Below are positions 40,808 to 49,600 of a stretch of DNA of 64,000 nucleotides, piece after piece (the first letter of the stretch is position 1; each line of letters starts with the position of its first letter). The DNA is taken from the NCBI GenBank assembly GCA_963699735.1, contig CAVOUZ010000018.1:105231-169230 (forward strand), read 5' to 3'. The stretch comes from an uncultured Gammaproteobacteria bacterium (GTDB taxonomy: Bacteria; Pseudomonadota; Gammaproteobacteria; Chromatiales; Chromatiaceae). A model generated the notes under the pieces. It was not told the origin of the DNA and ran no database searches. It saw only the letters and a program-made list of their open reading frames with translations. The position numbers were made by a program, and so were the translations under genes.

Positions 40808-42187
40808 TCAGACCGCGTCGATGGCGGCGACCAGGGTGCGGACCGGCAGTATCTCCAGGCCCTCCACCCCCTCCTTAGGCACATTCCCCCTCGGGACGAT
40901 GGCGCGGCGGATGCCGTGCTTGACCGCCTCGCGCAGCCGGTCCGGACCGTTGGGCACGGGGCGCACCTCACCGGAAAGCCCCACCTCCCCGAAGACCGCC
41001 AGGTCCAGGGGCAGGGGCCGGTCGCGGAAGCTCGAGAGGACGGCAAGCACCACCGCCAGGTCGGCGGCGGTCTCGCCGATGCGCACCCCGCCGACCACGT
41101 TGACAAAGACGTCCTGGTTGAACATCCCCACCCCGCCGTGGCGGTGCAGCACCGCAAGCAGCATGGAGAGGCGGTTCTGATCGAGCCCCAGCGCCACCCG
41201 GCGCGGGTTCGCGAGCGGGCTCTCATCCACCAGGGCCTGCACCTCCACCAGCAGCGGCCGGGTGCCCTCGCGGGTCACCATCACCAGGGAGCCGGGGACC
41301 GGCTGGTTATGACGGGAGAGAAAGATCGCCGACGGGTTCCTGACCTCGCGCAGTCCACGGTCGCCCATGGCGAAGACGCCGAGCTCGTTGACCGCCCCGA
41401 AGCGGTTCTTGATGGCCCGCACCAGCCGGAAGGAGCCGCCCGACTCACCCTCGAAATAGAGCACCGTGTCGACCATGTGCTCCAGCACCCGCGGACCGGC
41501 CAGCGCACCCTCCTTGGTGACGTGACCCACCAGGAAGACCGCCGTGTCCGTCTGCTTGGCGAAGCGCACCAGTTGGGCCGCCGTCTCCCGCACCTGGCCG
41601 ACGGAGCCGGGTGCCGACTGGAGCAGGTCCGTGTAAAGGGTCTGGATGGAGTCCACCACCAGGATCCGCGGACGCTCCACCTGGGCCTGGGCCAGGATGC
41701 GCTCCACCCCCGTTTCGGCCAGCAGGCGGATGCCGGCCCCGGTGAGCCCGAGACGCCGGGCGCGCAGACCGATCTGCTGAGCCGACTCCTCGCCGCTCAC
41801 GTAGAGCACCGGGCAGGTCGCGCCCAGGTGCTCGCAGGCCTGGAGCAGGAGCGTTGACTTCCCGATCCCGGGGTCGCCGCCGAGCAGCACCACCGACCCG
41901 CTCACCAGACCACCGCCGAGGACCCGGTCCAGCTCCGTGATCCCCGTTCCGGTACGTGTCTCCCCCTGGGGCCGGATGTCGGCGAGGCGCTCGATTCGGG
42001 CCCCCTCGGGGGGTCCGGCGAAGCCCCCACGTGGGGCCGGGCGCCCTCCGGTCCTCGGCAGGCGCGCCTGCTCCTCCAGGCTGTTCCAGGCCCCACACTC
42101 GGTGCACTGGCCACTCCATTTCGGCGCCAAGGCCCCGCAGGCGTTGCAGAGGTAGCCGGAGCGCTGGGGCTTGGGACCGGTCGCCAT
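40808..42187 (-). CDS. radA: DNA repair protein RadA/Sms
   Basis: C4 zinc finger, GDPGIGKS, KNRFG. Confidence 0.98.
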   Translation of the reverse strand: MATGPKPQRSGYLCNACGALAPKWSGQCTECGAWNSLEEQARLPRTGGRPAPRGGFAGPPEGARIERLADIRPQGETRTGTGITELDRVLGGGLVSGSVVLLGGDPGIGKSTLLLQACEHLGATCPVLYVSGEESAQQIGLRARRLGLTGAGIRLLAETGVERILAQAQVERPRILVVDSIQTLYTDLLQSAPGSVGQVRETAAQLVRFAKQTDTAVFLVGHVTKEGALAGPRVLEHMVDTVLYFEGESGGSFRLVRAIKNRFGAVNELGVFAMGDRGLREVRNPSAIFLSRHNQPVPGSLVMVTREGTRPLLVEVQALVDESPLANPRRVALGLDQNRLSMLLAVLHRHGGVGMFNQDVFVNVVGGVRIGETAADLAVVLAVLSSFRDRPLPLDLAVFGEVGLSGEVRPVPNGPDRLREAVKHGIRRAIVPRGNVPKEGVEGLEILPVRTLVAAIDAV

Positions 42188-42233
42188 CAGCGTCGCGCGA
42201 CCCGCGAACGGGCGACGTCCACGGGGCCCGGGC

Positions 42234-43637
42234 TCAATGGAGCTCCTCGCCGTAGTAGCTGTCGATGTAGCTCTCGAACTTGGTGTATTTGCCCAGGAAG
42301 GTCAACCTCACCGTCCCGATGGGGCCGTTGCGCTGCTTGCCGATGATGATCTCGGCGACCCCCTTGTCCTTGCTCTCGGCGTTGTAGACCTCGTCGCGGT
42401 AGATGAAGACGATCAGATCGGCGTCCTGCTCGATGGCGCCCGATTCGCGCAGGTCCGACATCACCGGCCGCTTGTTGGGGCGCTGTTCCAGGCTGCGGTT
42501 GAGCTGGGACAGTGCGACCACCGGGACGCCGAGCTCCTTGGCCAGGGCCTTGAGCGAGCGGGAGATGGCGGAGATCTCGGTGGCGCGGTTCTCGCTGTTC
42601 CCCGGCACCTGCATGAGCTGCAGGTAGTCGATCACGATCAGCCCCAGGTCGCCCTGCTCGCGCTTGAGGCGGCGGGCGCGGGCGCGCAGCTCCGTGGGCG
42701 ACAGGGCCGGGGTGTCGTCGATGAAGAGTGAGGCGGTGGAGAGGATATTGACGGCCGAGGTGAGACGCGGCCACTCGTCCTCCTCGAGCCTGCCGGTGCG
42801 CACCCGGTGCTGATCGATGCGCCCCAGCGAAGACATCATGCGCATGGCCAGGGAATCCCCCGGCATCTCCATGCTGAACACGGCCACCGGCCTCTTGGTC
42901 TGGATGGCCACGTGCTCGGCCATGTTCATGGCAAAGCTGGTCTTGCCCATGGACGGCCGCCCGGCCACGATGATCAGGTCCGAGGTCTGAAGCCCCGAGG
43001 TCATCATGTCGAAGTCCGAGAAACCGGTGGCCAGACCGGTGATGGGCTCGGCGCGGTGGAAGAGCTCGTCGATGCGCTCCACCGCCCGGGTGAGCAGACC
43101 CTTGATCGGCTGGAAGCCGCCGCCTCCCCGCTGCTCCTGCTCGGCGATCTCAAACACCCGCCGCTCGGCCTCGTCCAGCAGCTCGGCCGCATCGCGCCCG
43201 CCCGGGTTGTAGCCGCTGTCGGCGATGTCGGTGCCGGCCGCGATCATCTGACGCAGCACCGAGGCCTCACGCACGATCCGGGCGTAGGCCTTGATATTCG
43301 CCGCGCTGGGCGTCTCGTTGACCAGGGTGCCGAGATAGGAGAGACCGCCGGCGGCCTCCAGCTGCCCGGTGCGTTCCAGGGTATCGGCCAGGGTCACCAC
43401 GTCGAAGGGCTGGTCGTCCGCGGCCAGCTTGGCGATGGCTCGGAACACCGCGCGGTGCTCGCGCCGGTAGAGGTCACGCTCGATCACCAGGTCGGCAATG
43501 CGGTCCCAGGTGCTGTTGTCGAGCATCAAACCGCCGAGCAGGGACTGCTCGGCGTGGAGGTTGTGGGGCGGCACGCGAAGCGTGTCCAAGCCCGCGTCGA
43601 CAAAGGGAAAGGCCTCCCCCTCGGCTGCTTCGTACAT
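42234..43637 (-). CDS. dnaB: Replicative DNA helicase (no intein)
   Basis: PPH..AEQS.LG, GRPSMGKT, IDYLQLM, DLRESGAIEQDAD, KQRNGP. Confidence 0.98.
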   Translation of the reverse strand: MYEAAEGEAFPFVDAGLDTLRVPPHNLHAEQSLLGGLMLDNSTWDRIADLVIERDLYRREHRAVFRAIAKLAADDQPFDVVTLADTLERTGQLEAAGGLSYLGTLVNETPSAANIKAYARIVREASVLRQMIAAGTDIADSGYNPGGRDAAELLDEAERRVFEIAEQEQRGGGGFQPIKGLLTRAVERIDELFHRAEPITGLATGFSDFDMMTSGLQTSDLIIVAGRPSMGKTSFAMNMAEHVAIQTKRPVAVFSMEMPGDSLAMRMMSSLGRIDQHRVRTGRLEEDEWPRLTSAVNILSTASLFIDDTPALSPTELRARARRLKREQGDLGLIVIDYLQLMQVPGNSENRATEISAISRSLKALAKELGVPVVALSQLNRSLEQRPNKRPVMSDLRESGAIEQDADLIVFIYRDEVYNAESKDKGVAEIIIGKQRNGPIGTVRLTFLGKYTKFESYIDSYYGEELH

Positions 43638-43970
43638 GTCCCCCCCGGGCCGCGTTCTGAAATGGTGCACAAAGGCCACCCGTGCCGCCGTCCGTGGGAC
43701 GGTAGCGGAGCTGGATCGGGAGCGGGTGGGAGGGCGATTGTCATCCCTCGCCCGGTGCTCGGCAAGGGGAGACTCTCGGAACTGTCGATCAGGTCGCCGA
43801 GCGGTGCCAGCGGACGTCGGGGAATGACGGCGCCCAGGCCCCGCAGGGCGCGGGAACCGCGAGGGCCCGGATCAACCGGCGTCCGGACGCCCACCGAAAG
43901 GCGACATCCGAAACCGGACTCCTGTCACCGGGACGGGCGGTAGCCCCCCCGGGCGGCGGCTGAAGCGCCG

Positions 43971-44420
43971 TCAGGATTCGGGGACGATGGTCACCTTGAT
44001 GGCCGCATCGACATCCGGATGGAGATGCAGACTGACGTCGAACTCGCCCGTGCTGCGCAAGGGGCCGGCGGGTAGGCGCACCTCCTGCTTGTCGACGGTG
44101 CCGCCGGCGGCGGCAACCGCCTCGGCGACATCCTGGGTACCGACTGAACCGAAGAGCCGGCCCTGCTCCCCCGCCCGGCGGGCGATCGTGACGCTCATGC
44201 CGTCCAGGGCCCCCTTGCGGGCCTCGGCGGCCGCGAGCGCGGCGGCGGCTTCACGCTCCAGCTCGACGCGGCGGGCCTCGAAGGCCTCCAGATTGGCGGG
44301 CGTCGCCAGGACCGCGTGGCCCTGAGGCACCAGATAGTTGCGGCCATAGCCGGAGCGCACCTTGACCTTGTCGCCCAGCGACCCGAGACCACCGACGTTC
44401 TTCAACAGGATGATTTCCAC
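43971..44420 (-). CDS. rplI: 50S ribosomal protein L9
   Basis: GYGRNYLVP, GRLFGSV; GTG start. Confidence 0.97.
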   Translation of the reverse strand: MEIILLKNVGGLGSLGDKVKVRSGYGRNYLVPQGHAVLATPANLEAFEARRVELEREAAAALAAAEARKGALDGMSVTIARRAGEQGRLFGSVGTQDVAEAVAAAGGTVDKQEVRLPAGPLRSTGEFDVSLHLHPDVDAAIKVTIVPES

Positions 44421-44469
44421 TTGGGGTTTCCTCTCTTGATTCAAGCGGGCCTGGATCGCCGACGACCGC

Positions 44470-45381
44470 TCAGCCGCCGCCCGGTGGGCCCTTGGCAAAG
44501 CGGGCGCGGATGTCCGCCCAAATATCCAACAGACCCAGGCTGGCCACCAGCAGCTCAGCGTTGGGCATGAAAAACACCATCAGGGCATAGAGCCCCACCA
44601 GCCAGCCCACATGGGCGCCGCGGGCCCGGTGCATCTGGTGGATCACCGCGAGGCCCTGCAGCAGGAACAGGGGCAGCAGCACGACCAGCAGGTCGGGGAC
44701 CGGCCCGGGACCCTTCGCAAAACCGATCCACACCAGCAGGCCGAGGGCGGCGATCCCGAAGCCCCGATGGAGCCGCAGCTCGCGAAACTCCTGACCGAAG
44801 CCGCCCGGGTTGTAGAGCTGGGCCTGCCACCAGCGCCCGATAAAGAGGGCGAGCAGCCACTGCAGCACCAGGGCCGCGGCGAAGGTGCCGGTCATCCAGC
44901 GCGCCAGCGTGGCGAACAGGGCCTCGGCGGCGTCCGCATCGAGCACGGAGTCGCTCACCAGGGCCTCGCGGAAGGGGGCCATCAGCTGGAGCCATAGGGC
45001 CGCCGGATCCGCGATCAGGGTGTGCGCCAACAGGACCAGCACGACCCCGAGGATCCCTGCCGCCTGGACGGCTAACCCGAGCGAGCGCGAGTGGCGAAGC
45101 GTCGCCCCCAGACCCAGCAGCGGCAGCCACAGGATGAGCAGCACGCCAAAGGCCGGCCAGGGGCTGCCCAGGGCGAGGGCCCCGATCGCGGCCACGCCCA
45201 GTGCGGCCAGACCCATCACCAGGGTCCCCTCGCGCGCGCCGCTGCGCAGGGTGACCAGGGCGAGGGCGGCGCTGCTCAGGAGCCCGAACAGCGGCAGGAG
45301 CATGGACAGCAGCGCTGTCGCGGCCGCCACCAGGGCCGCCTGCACGCGCCCGCGCATGATCAGCCCGGCGAGTCCCTTCAT
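44470..45381 (-). CDS. DUF2232-type membrane protein
   Basis: IMRGR.QA and GRWWQA.LYNPGGF..EF; conserved position between rpsR and rplI. Confidence 0.85.
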   Translation of the reverse strand: MKGLAGLIMRGRVQAALVAAATALLSMLLPLFGLLSSAALALVTLRSGAREGTLVMGLAALGVAAIGALALGSPWPAFGVLLILWLPLLGLGATLRHSRSLGLAVQAAGILGVVLVLLAHTLIADPAALWLQLMAPFREALVSDSVLDADAAEALFATLARWMTGTFAAALVLQWLLALFIGRWWQAQLYNPGGFGQEFRELRLHRGFGIAALGLLVWIGFAKGPGPVPDLLVVLLPLFLLQGLAVIHQMHRARGAHVGWLVGLYALMVFFMPNAELLVASLGLLDIWADIRARFAKGPPGGG

Positions 45382-45472
45382 TCCACGGGTACCTGGACCG
45401 ATCGATCGCGCCCGGGACCGCCAGAGCCGGGATCAGGGCCCGGATCAGGCGCAAGCCCCGGCCGTCGACCGG

Positions 45473-45706
45473 TCAGTGACCGTCCGTATAGGGCAGGAGT
45501 GCCAGGTAACGGGCGCGCTTCACCGCGTCGGCGAGCTGGCGCTGATACTTGGCCGAGGTGCCGGTAATGCGGCTGGGAACGATCTTGCCTGACTCGCTGA
45601 CGTATGCCTTGAGCAGGTTGAGATCCTTGTAGTCGATCTCGTTGATGCCCTCGGCGGTAAAACGGCAGTAGCGCTTGCGGCGGAAAAAACGGGAGCCGGA
45701 ATCCAT
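45473..45706 (-). CDS. rpsR: 30S ribosomal protein S18
   Basis: [26 protein letters not shown]. Confidence 0.98.
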   Translation of the reverse strand: MDSGSRFFRRKRYCRFTAEGINEIDYKDLNLLKAYVSESGKIVPSRITGTSAKYQRQLADAVKRARYLALLPYTDGH

Positions 45707-45721
45707 GGTGGCGGGTCCTCT

Positions 45722-46093
45722 TTACTCGTTGTCGGAATCGCGGGCGGGCTCGCCCCGCTCGTCGCCGCGCTCATCACCGCTCTTGGCCAGCGGCGAGGGC
45801 TCGACCACCGGCCCATTTCGGCGAATGATCAGGTTGCGCAGGACCGCGTCGTTGAAGCGGAAGGCATTCTCGAGCTCATCGATGGCCTCCTGGTCGCACT
45901 CCAGATTCATCAGCACATAGTGCGCCTTGTGAACCTTGTTGATCGGGTAGGCCAGAGGACGCCGGCCCCAGTCCTCGAGGCGGTGGATCACGCCGCCACG
46001 CTTCTCCAGGTTGCCACGGTAGCGCTCCACCATGGAGGCCACCTGTTCGCTCTGGCTGGGATGGACCAGAAAGACCACTTCGTAATGTCGCAT
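45722..46093 (-). CDS. rpsF: 30S ribosomal protein S6
   Basis: [25 protein letters not shown]. Confidence 0.98.
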   Translation of the reverse strand: MRHYEVVFLVHPSQSEQVASMVERYRGNLEKRGGVIHRLEDWGRRPLAYPINKVHKAHYVLMNLECDQEAIDELENAFRFNDAVLRNLIIRRNGPVVEPSPLAKSGDERGDERGEPARDSDNE

Positions 46094-46097
46094 GCTG

Positions 46098-46165
46098 CTC
46101 CTCATGGCTTGTGCAGCCTCCCGACCGGGGCCCGCGATGGGCGCTCAGGCGGTGAGGCAAGGAGT
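46098..46165 (-). promoter_or_regulatory. S6:S18 ribosomal protein leader (autoregulatory RNA)
   Basis: ACUCCUUGCCUC...GAGGCUG...CCA-UGAGGAG, in which CUCCU can sequester the rpsF SD; matches the known leader architecture. Confidence 0.75.
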
Positions 46166-46191
46166 TGTTCCCGGGATTCGGTAAACCGCGC

Positions 46192-46219
46192 ATTATACGG
46201 AGATCGGCAGGCGCGTCAA
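46192..46219 (-). promoter_or_regulatory. Sigma70 promoter of the rpsF operon
   Basis: TTGACG-16 nt-TATAAT followed by GC-rich discriminator GCGCGG. Confidence 0.85.
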
Positions 46220-46366
46220 AATCCTGCCGCTCACGCGCGCCGAAGGCGACCGACAGGCCGCTGCCGTGGCGCTAAACTGGATCCCCGAGACGCCGAGGGT
46301 TCGCGCCGTGCGCATATCGCGCCGGGTCTCCGAATCGTTCCGATAAGCCTTGTCCAGGTTGTCACC

Positions 46367-47503
46367 ATGACGCATCGACCAGCACCGGCGGTCCTCTGGT
46401 CCATCGCAGCGCTGCTGCTCAACTGCCTGGTGTTGCCGGCCTTCGCGCTGGAGCGGGTCGAGGCGCGGCTCTCGTCCGGGTCGGTGCCAGCCGGCCAGCC
46501 AGTGGAGCTGACCCTGAGCGCCAGCAGCGACGGTGCGAGCCTGGGCAGCGCCGACCTGTCGGTCTTGGAGCCGGATTTTCAGGTGGTGGACCGCCGGGTG
46601 GAACGCCGCTACTCGGTCAACAACGGTCGCCGCAGTGAGGAGATCCGGCTCCGGCTCATGATCCTGCCGCGCCGCGATGGGGCCCTGAGGGTCCCCTCCA
46701 TTCCCTTCGGCAGCGTCCACACCGAGCCGCTTGCGTTGACGGTGGAGCCCGGTGCCGTCGTCAATCCCCAGCACCAGGGGCCGGCCGGCGGTGTAACCGG
46801 TCAACCGGCAATCGAGCTGGATCCCCGGCTGCTCGAGCGGCCCCAGGGGATGGCGCCCACCATAGCCCCGCCCGACTGGCGCTGGGGTATGCCGCCGGGG
46901 CCGGAATTTCCGACCCTGCAGTATCGTCCCTTCGCCGCACCCCTGGATGGCCCGGCCGCGGGACCGGCGCTCGACCCGCCAAGGGCCCCGGAGACCACGC
47001 GACCCGCGCCGGATCCGGCGCCAGCGCCTTCCCGAGGCACGGCGGCCAATCCGTGGTTCTGGGTCAGTCTCGGGCTCGCCGCCGTCCTCGCCGGGCTCCT
47101 TCTGAGCCGGCGTCACGCGGGAACCCCGGCCGCGGGGTCAGCGGGGCCGGCGGGGAAGATCGAGACGCCGATCGACGCCGAGCCACCGAGCCCGCTTGCG
47201 GTGGCCCTGGAGCGGGTCCGGGATGCCTATCGGCGGGGTGACGGGGCGGCGGCTCGCGAGGCCCTGTTGGCCTGGGGACGACTGCGCTGGCCTGATGACC
47301 CGCCTGGCAACCTGGCGCGACTGGCCCGGCGCTTTCCACCGCCGGTGCGCGAGCACATCACCGAGCTCGAAAAGGCCTTCTTCAGCCCGGATCCCATCCG
47401 TTGGGAGCGCGAGCCCGTTCCCGATGCCCTTTCAAAGGACTGGCCGGGAGGGGCCGCGCAATCCGGCCCCGCGCCTGACCGGGCCGGGGCCGCGGTCGCT
47501 TGA
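46367..47503 (+). CDS. BatD-like exported/membrane-anchored protein
   Basis: Signal peptide, BatD-like Ig domain (S.NNGR..L.PRR.G.L.VPSI), Pro-rich linker, NPWFW TM, AR.ALL.W C-terminal domain. Confidence 0.7.
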   Translation: MTHRPAPAVLWSIAALLLNCLVLPAFALERVEARLSSGSVPAGQPVELTLSASSDGASLGSADLSVLEPDFQVVDRRVERRYSVNNGRRSEEIRLRLMILPRRDGALRVPSIPFGSVHTEPLALTVEPGAVVNPQHQGPAGGVTGQPAIELDPRLLERPQGMAPTIAPPDWRWGMPPGPEFPTLQYRPFAAPLDGPAAGPALDPPRAPETTRPAPDPAPAPSRGTAANPWFWVSLGLAAVLAGLLLSRRHAGTPAAGSAGPAGKIETPIDAEPPSPLAVALERVRDAYRRGDGAAAREALLAWGRLRWPDDPPGNLARLARRFPPPVREHITELEKAFFSPDPIRWEREPVPDALSKDWPGGAAQSGPAPDRAGAAVA

Positions 47504-48846
47504 GCGGACTGGCACCGAGGTTCCGCAGCCGCCGCGCGGCGTCGCGCCCGACTGAGCCGCCAGCCGCCCCGCTCGGGCGCCTATCTGGGATCGGCCGGGT
47601 CCCGGCGCTGGACGGGATCCGTGGCCTCGCCATCCTCTGGGTCTTCGCCTTCCACGCCAACGCCCTGCTGGCCGGTGGTCTGCGCGGGCCGCCGGCCGGG
47701 CTCGGCCAGTCACTGGCGGAAAAGGGGCTGCTGGGGGTGCAGCTCTTCTTCGTGCTGAGCGGCTTTCTGCTCGCCCTGCCCTGGATGCAGGCCGCCGCCG
47801 GAGGGCTTGACACCCCCGCCGCGGGCTCCTTCTACCGGCGCCGCGCACGCCGGCTGCTGCCCGCCTATTGGCTGCATCTGGCCCTCTTGTTTGGGGTCAT
47901 CCTGCCCCTGCTGCACGGCGGTTACGACCTGCTCACCACCGAGGTGGGGCGGGCCAACCTGGTGCTCCACCCACTGTTCCTCCAGTTCGCCCACCCAGCG
48001 GGCTCCACCTCGCTCGGCCTCAACATGGCCCTGTGGAGCCTGACCATCGAGGCGCAGTTTTATCTCCTGCTGCCCCTGCTGGCGCCCGCCTTCGCCGGAA
48101 ACCGCCTGCTCCTGGCCCTGCCGACGGCACTGGCCCTTTCGCTCGCCTGGAAGACCTATGCGCCGGGCCTGCTCATCGGCTGGGTCTATGCGCAGGGCTC
48201 GCCGGCGCTGCTGGTGTTCTTCGATCCCATCTCCGGACTCCCCCTGCCCTTCCCGCCGGAATCCATGGCGATCTTCATCGAGCGCCAGATTCCGGGCGAG
48301 CTCCTCGCCTTCGCGCTCGGCATGTCCGGCGCCAATCTCTACTGCCGCCTGCAGCGCCATGGCAGGGAGCTGTCGGCCGCCATGCTCCGCGGGCTCAGCC
48401 TGGGTGCGCTCGCCGTCCTGGTGATCGCGCCCCTGGGCCTCGCTCGGCTGGACTTCCCGACGATCCTGGGAGGCGGCACCTGGCGCTACCTGGGCATGCC
48501 GCTGTTCCTCGGCGGGTGCGCCCTGCTGGTGGTGGCATCGGCGCTGCGGGCTCCCCTCCTCGGCCCCCTGCTCGGCAACCGCGGGCTCGCCGCCCTGGGG
48601 ACCATCAGCTACAGCCTCTATCTATGGCATGAGCCCGTGCTCCGCCTGACCAGGAGCTGGACCGGAGCCGAAACCGGCGAGCCGACCGTCCAGGCCCTGA
48701 TCGCGGTCGGCCTTGGCGCCGTCGGCTCCGTCGCCGTCGCCGCCCTCTCCTATGGGCTGGCGGAACGGCCGGGGCAGGCCCGCTCGGGCTCGCGATCTGC
48801 CGCCACCGGCGCCGCCGCGCCGGTTCCGCTGGGTCAGGAGTTGTGA
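47500..48846 (+). CDS. Acyltransferase-3 family O-acyltransferase
   Basis: LDGIRGLA..H, GVQLFFVLSGFL, RRARRLLP, WSL.IE.QFY, ISYSLYLWH. Confidence 0.92.
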   Translation: MSGLAPRFRSRRAASRPTEPPAAPLGRLSGIGRVPALDGIRGLAILWVFAFHANALLAGGLRGPPAGLGQSLAEKGLLGVQLFFVLSGFLLALPWMQAAAGGLDTPAAGSFYRRRARRLLPAYWLHLALLFGVILPLLHGGYDLLTTEVGRANLVLHPLFLQFAHPAGSTSLGLNMALWSLTIEAQFYLLLPLLAPAFAGNRLLLALPTALALSLAWKTYAPGLLIGWVYAQGSPALLVFFDPISGLPLPFPPESMAIFIERQIPGELLAFALGMSGANLYCRLQRHGRELSAAMLRGLSLGALAVLVIAPLGLARLDFPTILGGGTWRYLGMPLFLGGCALLVVASALRAPLLGPLLGNRGLAALGTISYSLYLWHEPVLRLTRSWTGAETGEPTVQALIAVGLGAVGSVAVAALSYGLAERPGQARSGSRSAATGAAAPVPLGQEL

Positions 48847-49009
48847 CGGCGCCGGCGATCCGCCGACCGATAGGGCCAGGCTTAACGCCCGAGATCCCCA
48901 TCGAGCAGAACCGCGCGTCAAAGGAACGAACAACCACGGAGTGGATGAGGTGCGCGGCCCTGCGCCGGGAGCTTGCCGAGCGGTCCATCCGCGCCGCATC
49001 CACCGCGGG

Positions 49010-49348
49010 CTAGACCTGAGAGGCGAGCCATTTGCGGAACTGGGCCGCGATCAGCTGCGCCTGGGGGTTGGAGTGACCATCCGCCGCAAGCCGCTCCTCG
49101 ATCGCCACCAGGGCCGCGCGCAGGCGCTGTCCGTCGCGACGCGCCTCGGGGCTGAAGCCGCCGTCCAGTCCCAGGTCCACGGCGGCGGTGGAGTCCTTGT
49201 CCGCCCACCAGTCATCGCCGCTAAGGGCCCGGCAACCCGCCACCGGGTCCCGCGCGTAAAGCGCGCGGGCGAGCATCGCCCGATCGGCCCCCTCGCCATG
49301 GCCGTAGCGCCGCAGCAGCTCCTCTACAAGCCGCAAGTCTTCGTTCAT
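49010..49348 (-). CDS. Hypothetical protein
   Basis: 112-aa ORF with GGGAGG RBS and normal composition; no motif recognised. Confidence 0.65.
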   Translation of the reverse strand: MNEDLRLVEELLRRYGHGEGADRAMLARALYARDPVAGCRALSGDDWWADKDSTAAVDLGLDGGFSPEARRDGQRLRAALVAIEERLAADGHSNPQAQLIAAQFRKWLASQV

Positions 49349-49522
49349 CGTCCCTCCCAAATTGAGACCTCCGGTTTCTCCACCATGGCCCCATGATCAG
49401 GGGCTGGGGGTCCATGGTCCCCAGGCGGCAGGGACCGGATCAGTGTCCGCCCAGGGTCAGTCCGCGACCGGGCGACGCGATCATTAAATAAGCGAATTCT
49501 TAGCATTGCCTGACTGACCCGC

Positions 49523-49531
49523 TGATATACT
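49523..49531 (+). promoter_or_regulatory. Extended -10 promoter candidate for aceEF
   Basis: TG-A-TATACT about 70 nt upstream of the ATG at 49601. Confidence 0.5.
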
Positions 49532-49600
49532 TTGGCCCTGCGCGCCGTCGACGGCCAAGGCCTCACCCGATTCGCTCCGACCCCTTTACCGGGAACCGCA

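Noticed and set aside
42234-43637. Intein in dnaB
   Set aside because: Length is normal and helicase motifs are contiguous
45473-46093. No priB between rpsF and rpsR
   Set aside because: rpsF-rpsR-DUF2232-rplI-dnaB is a common arrangement in non-enteric Gammaproteobacteria
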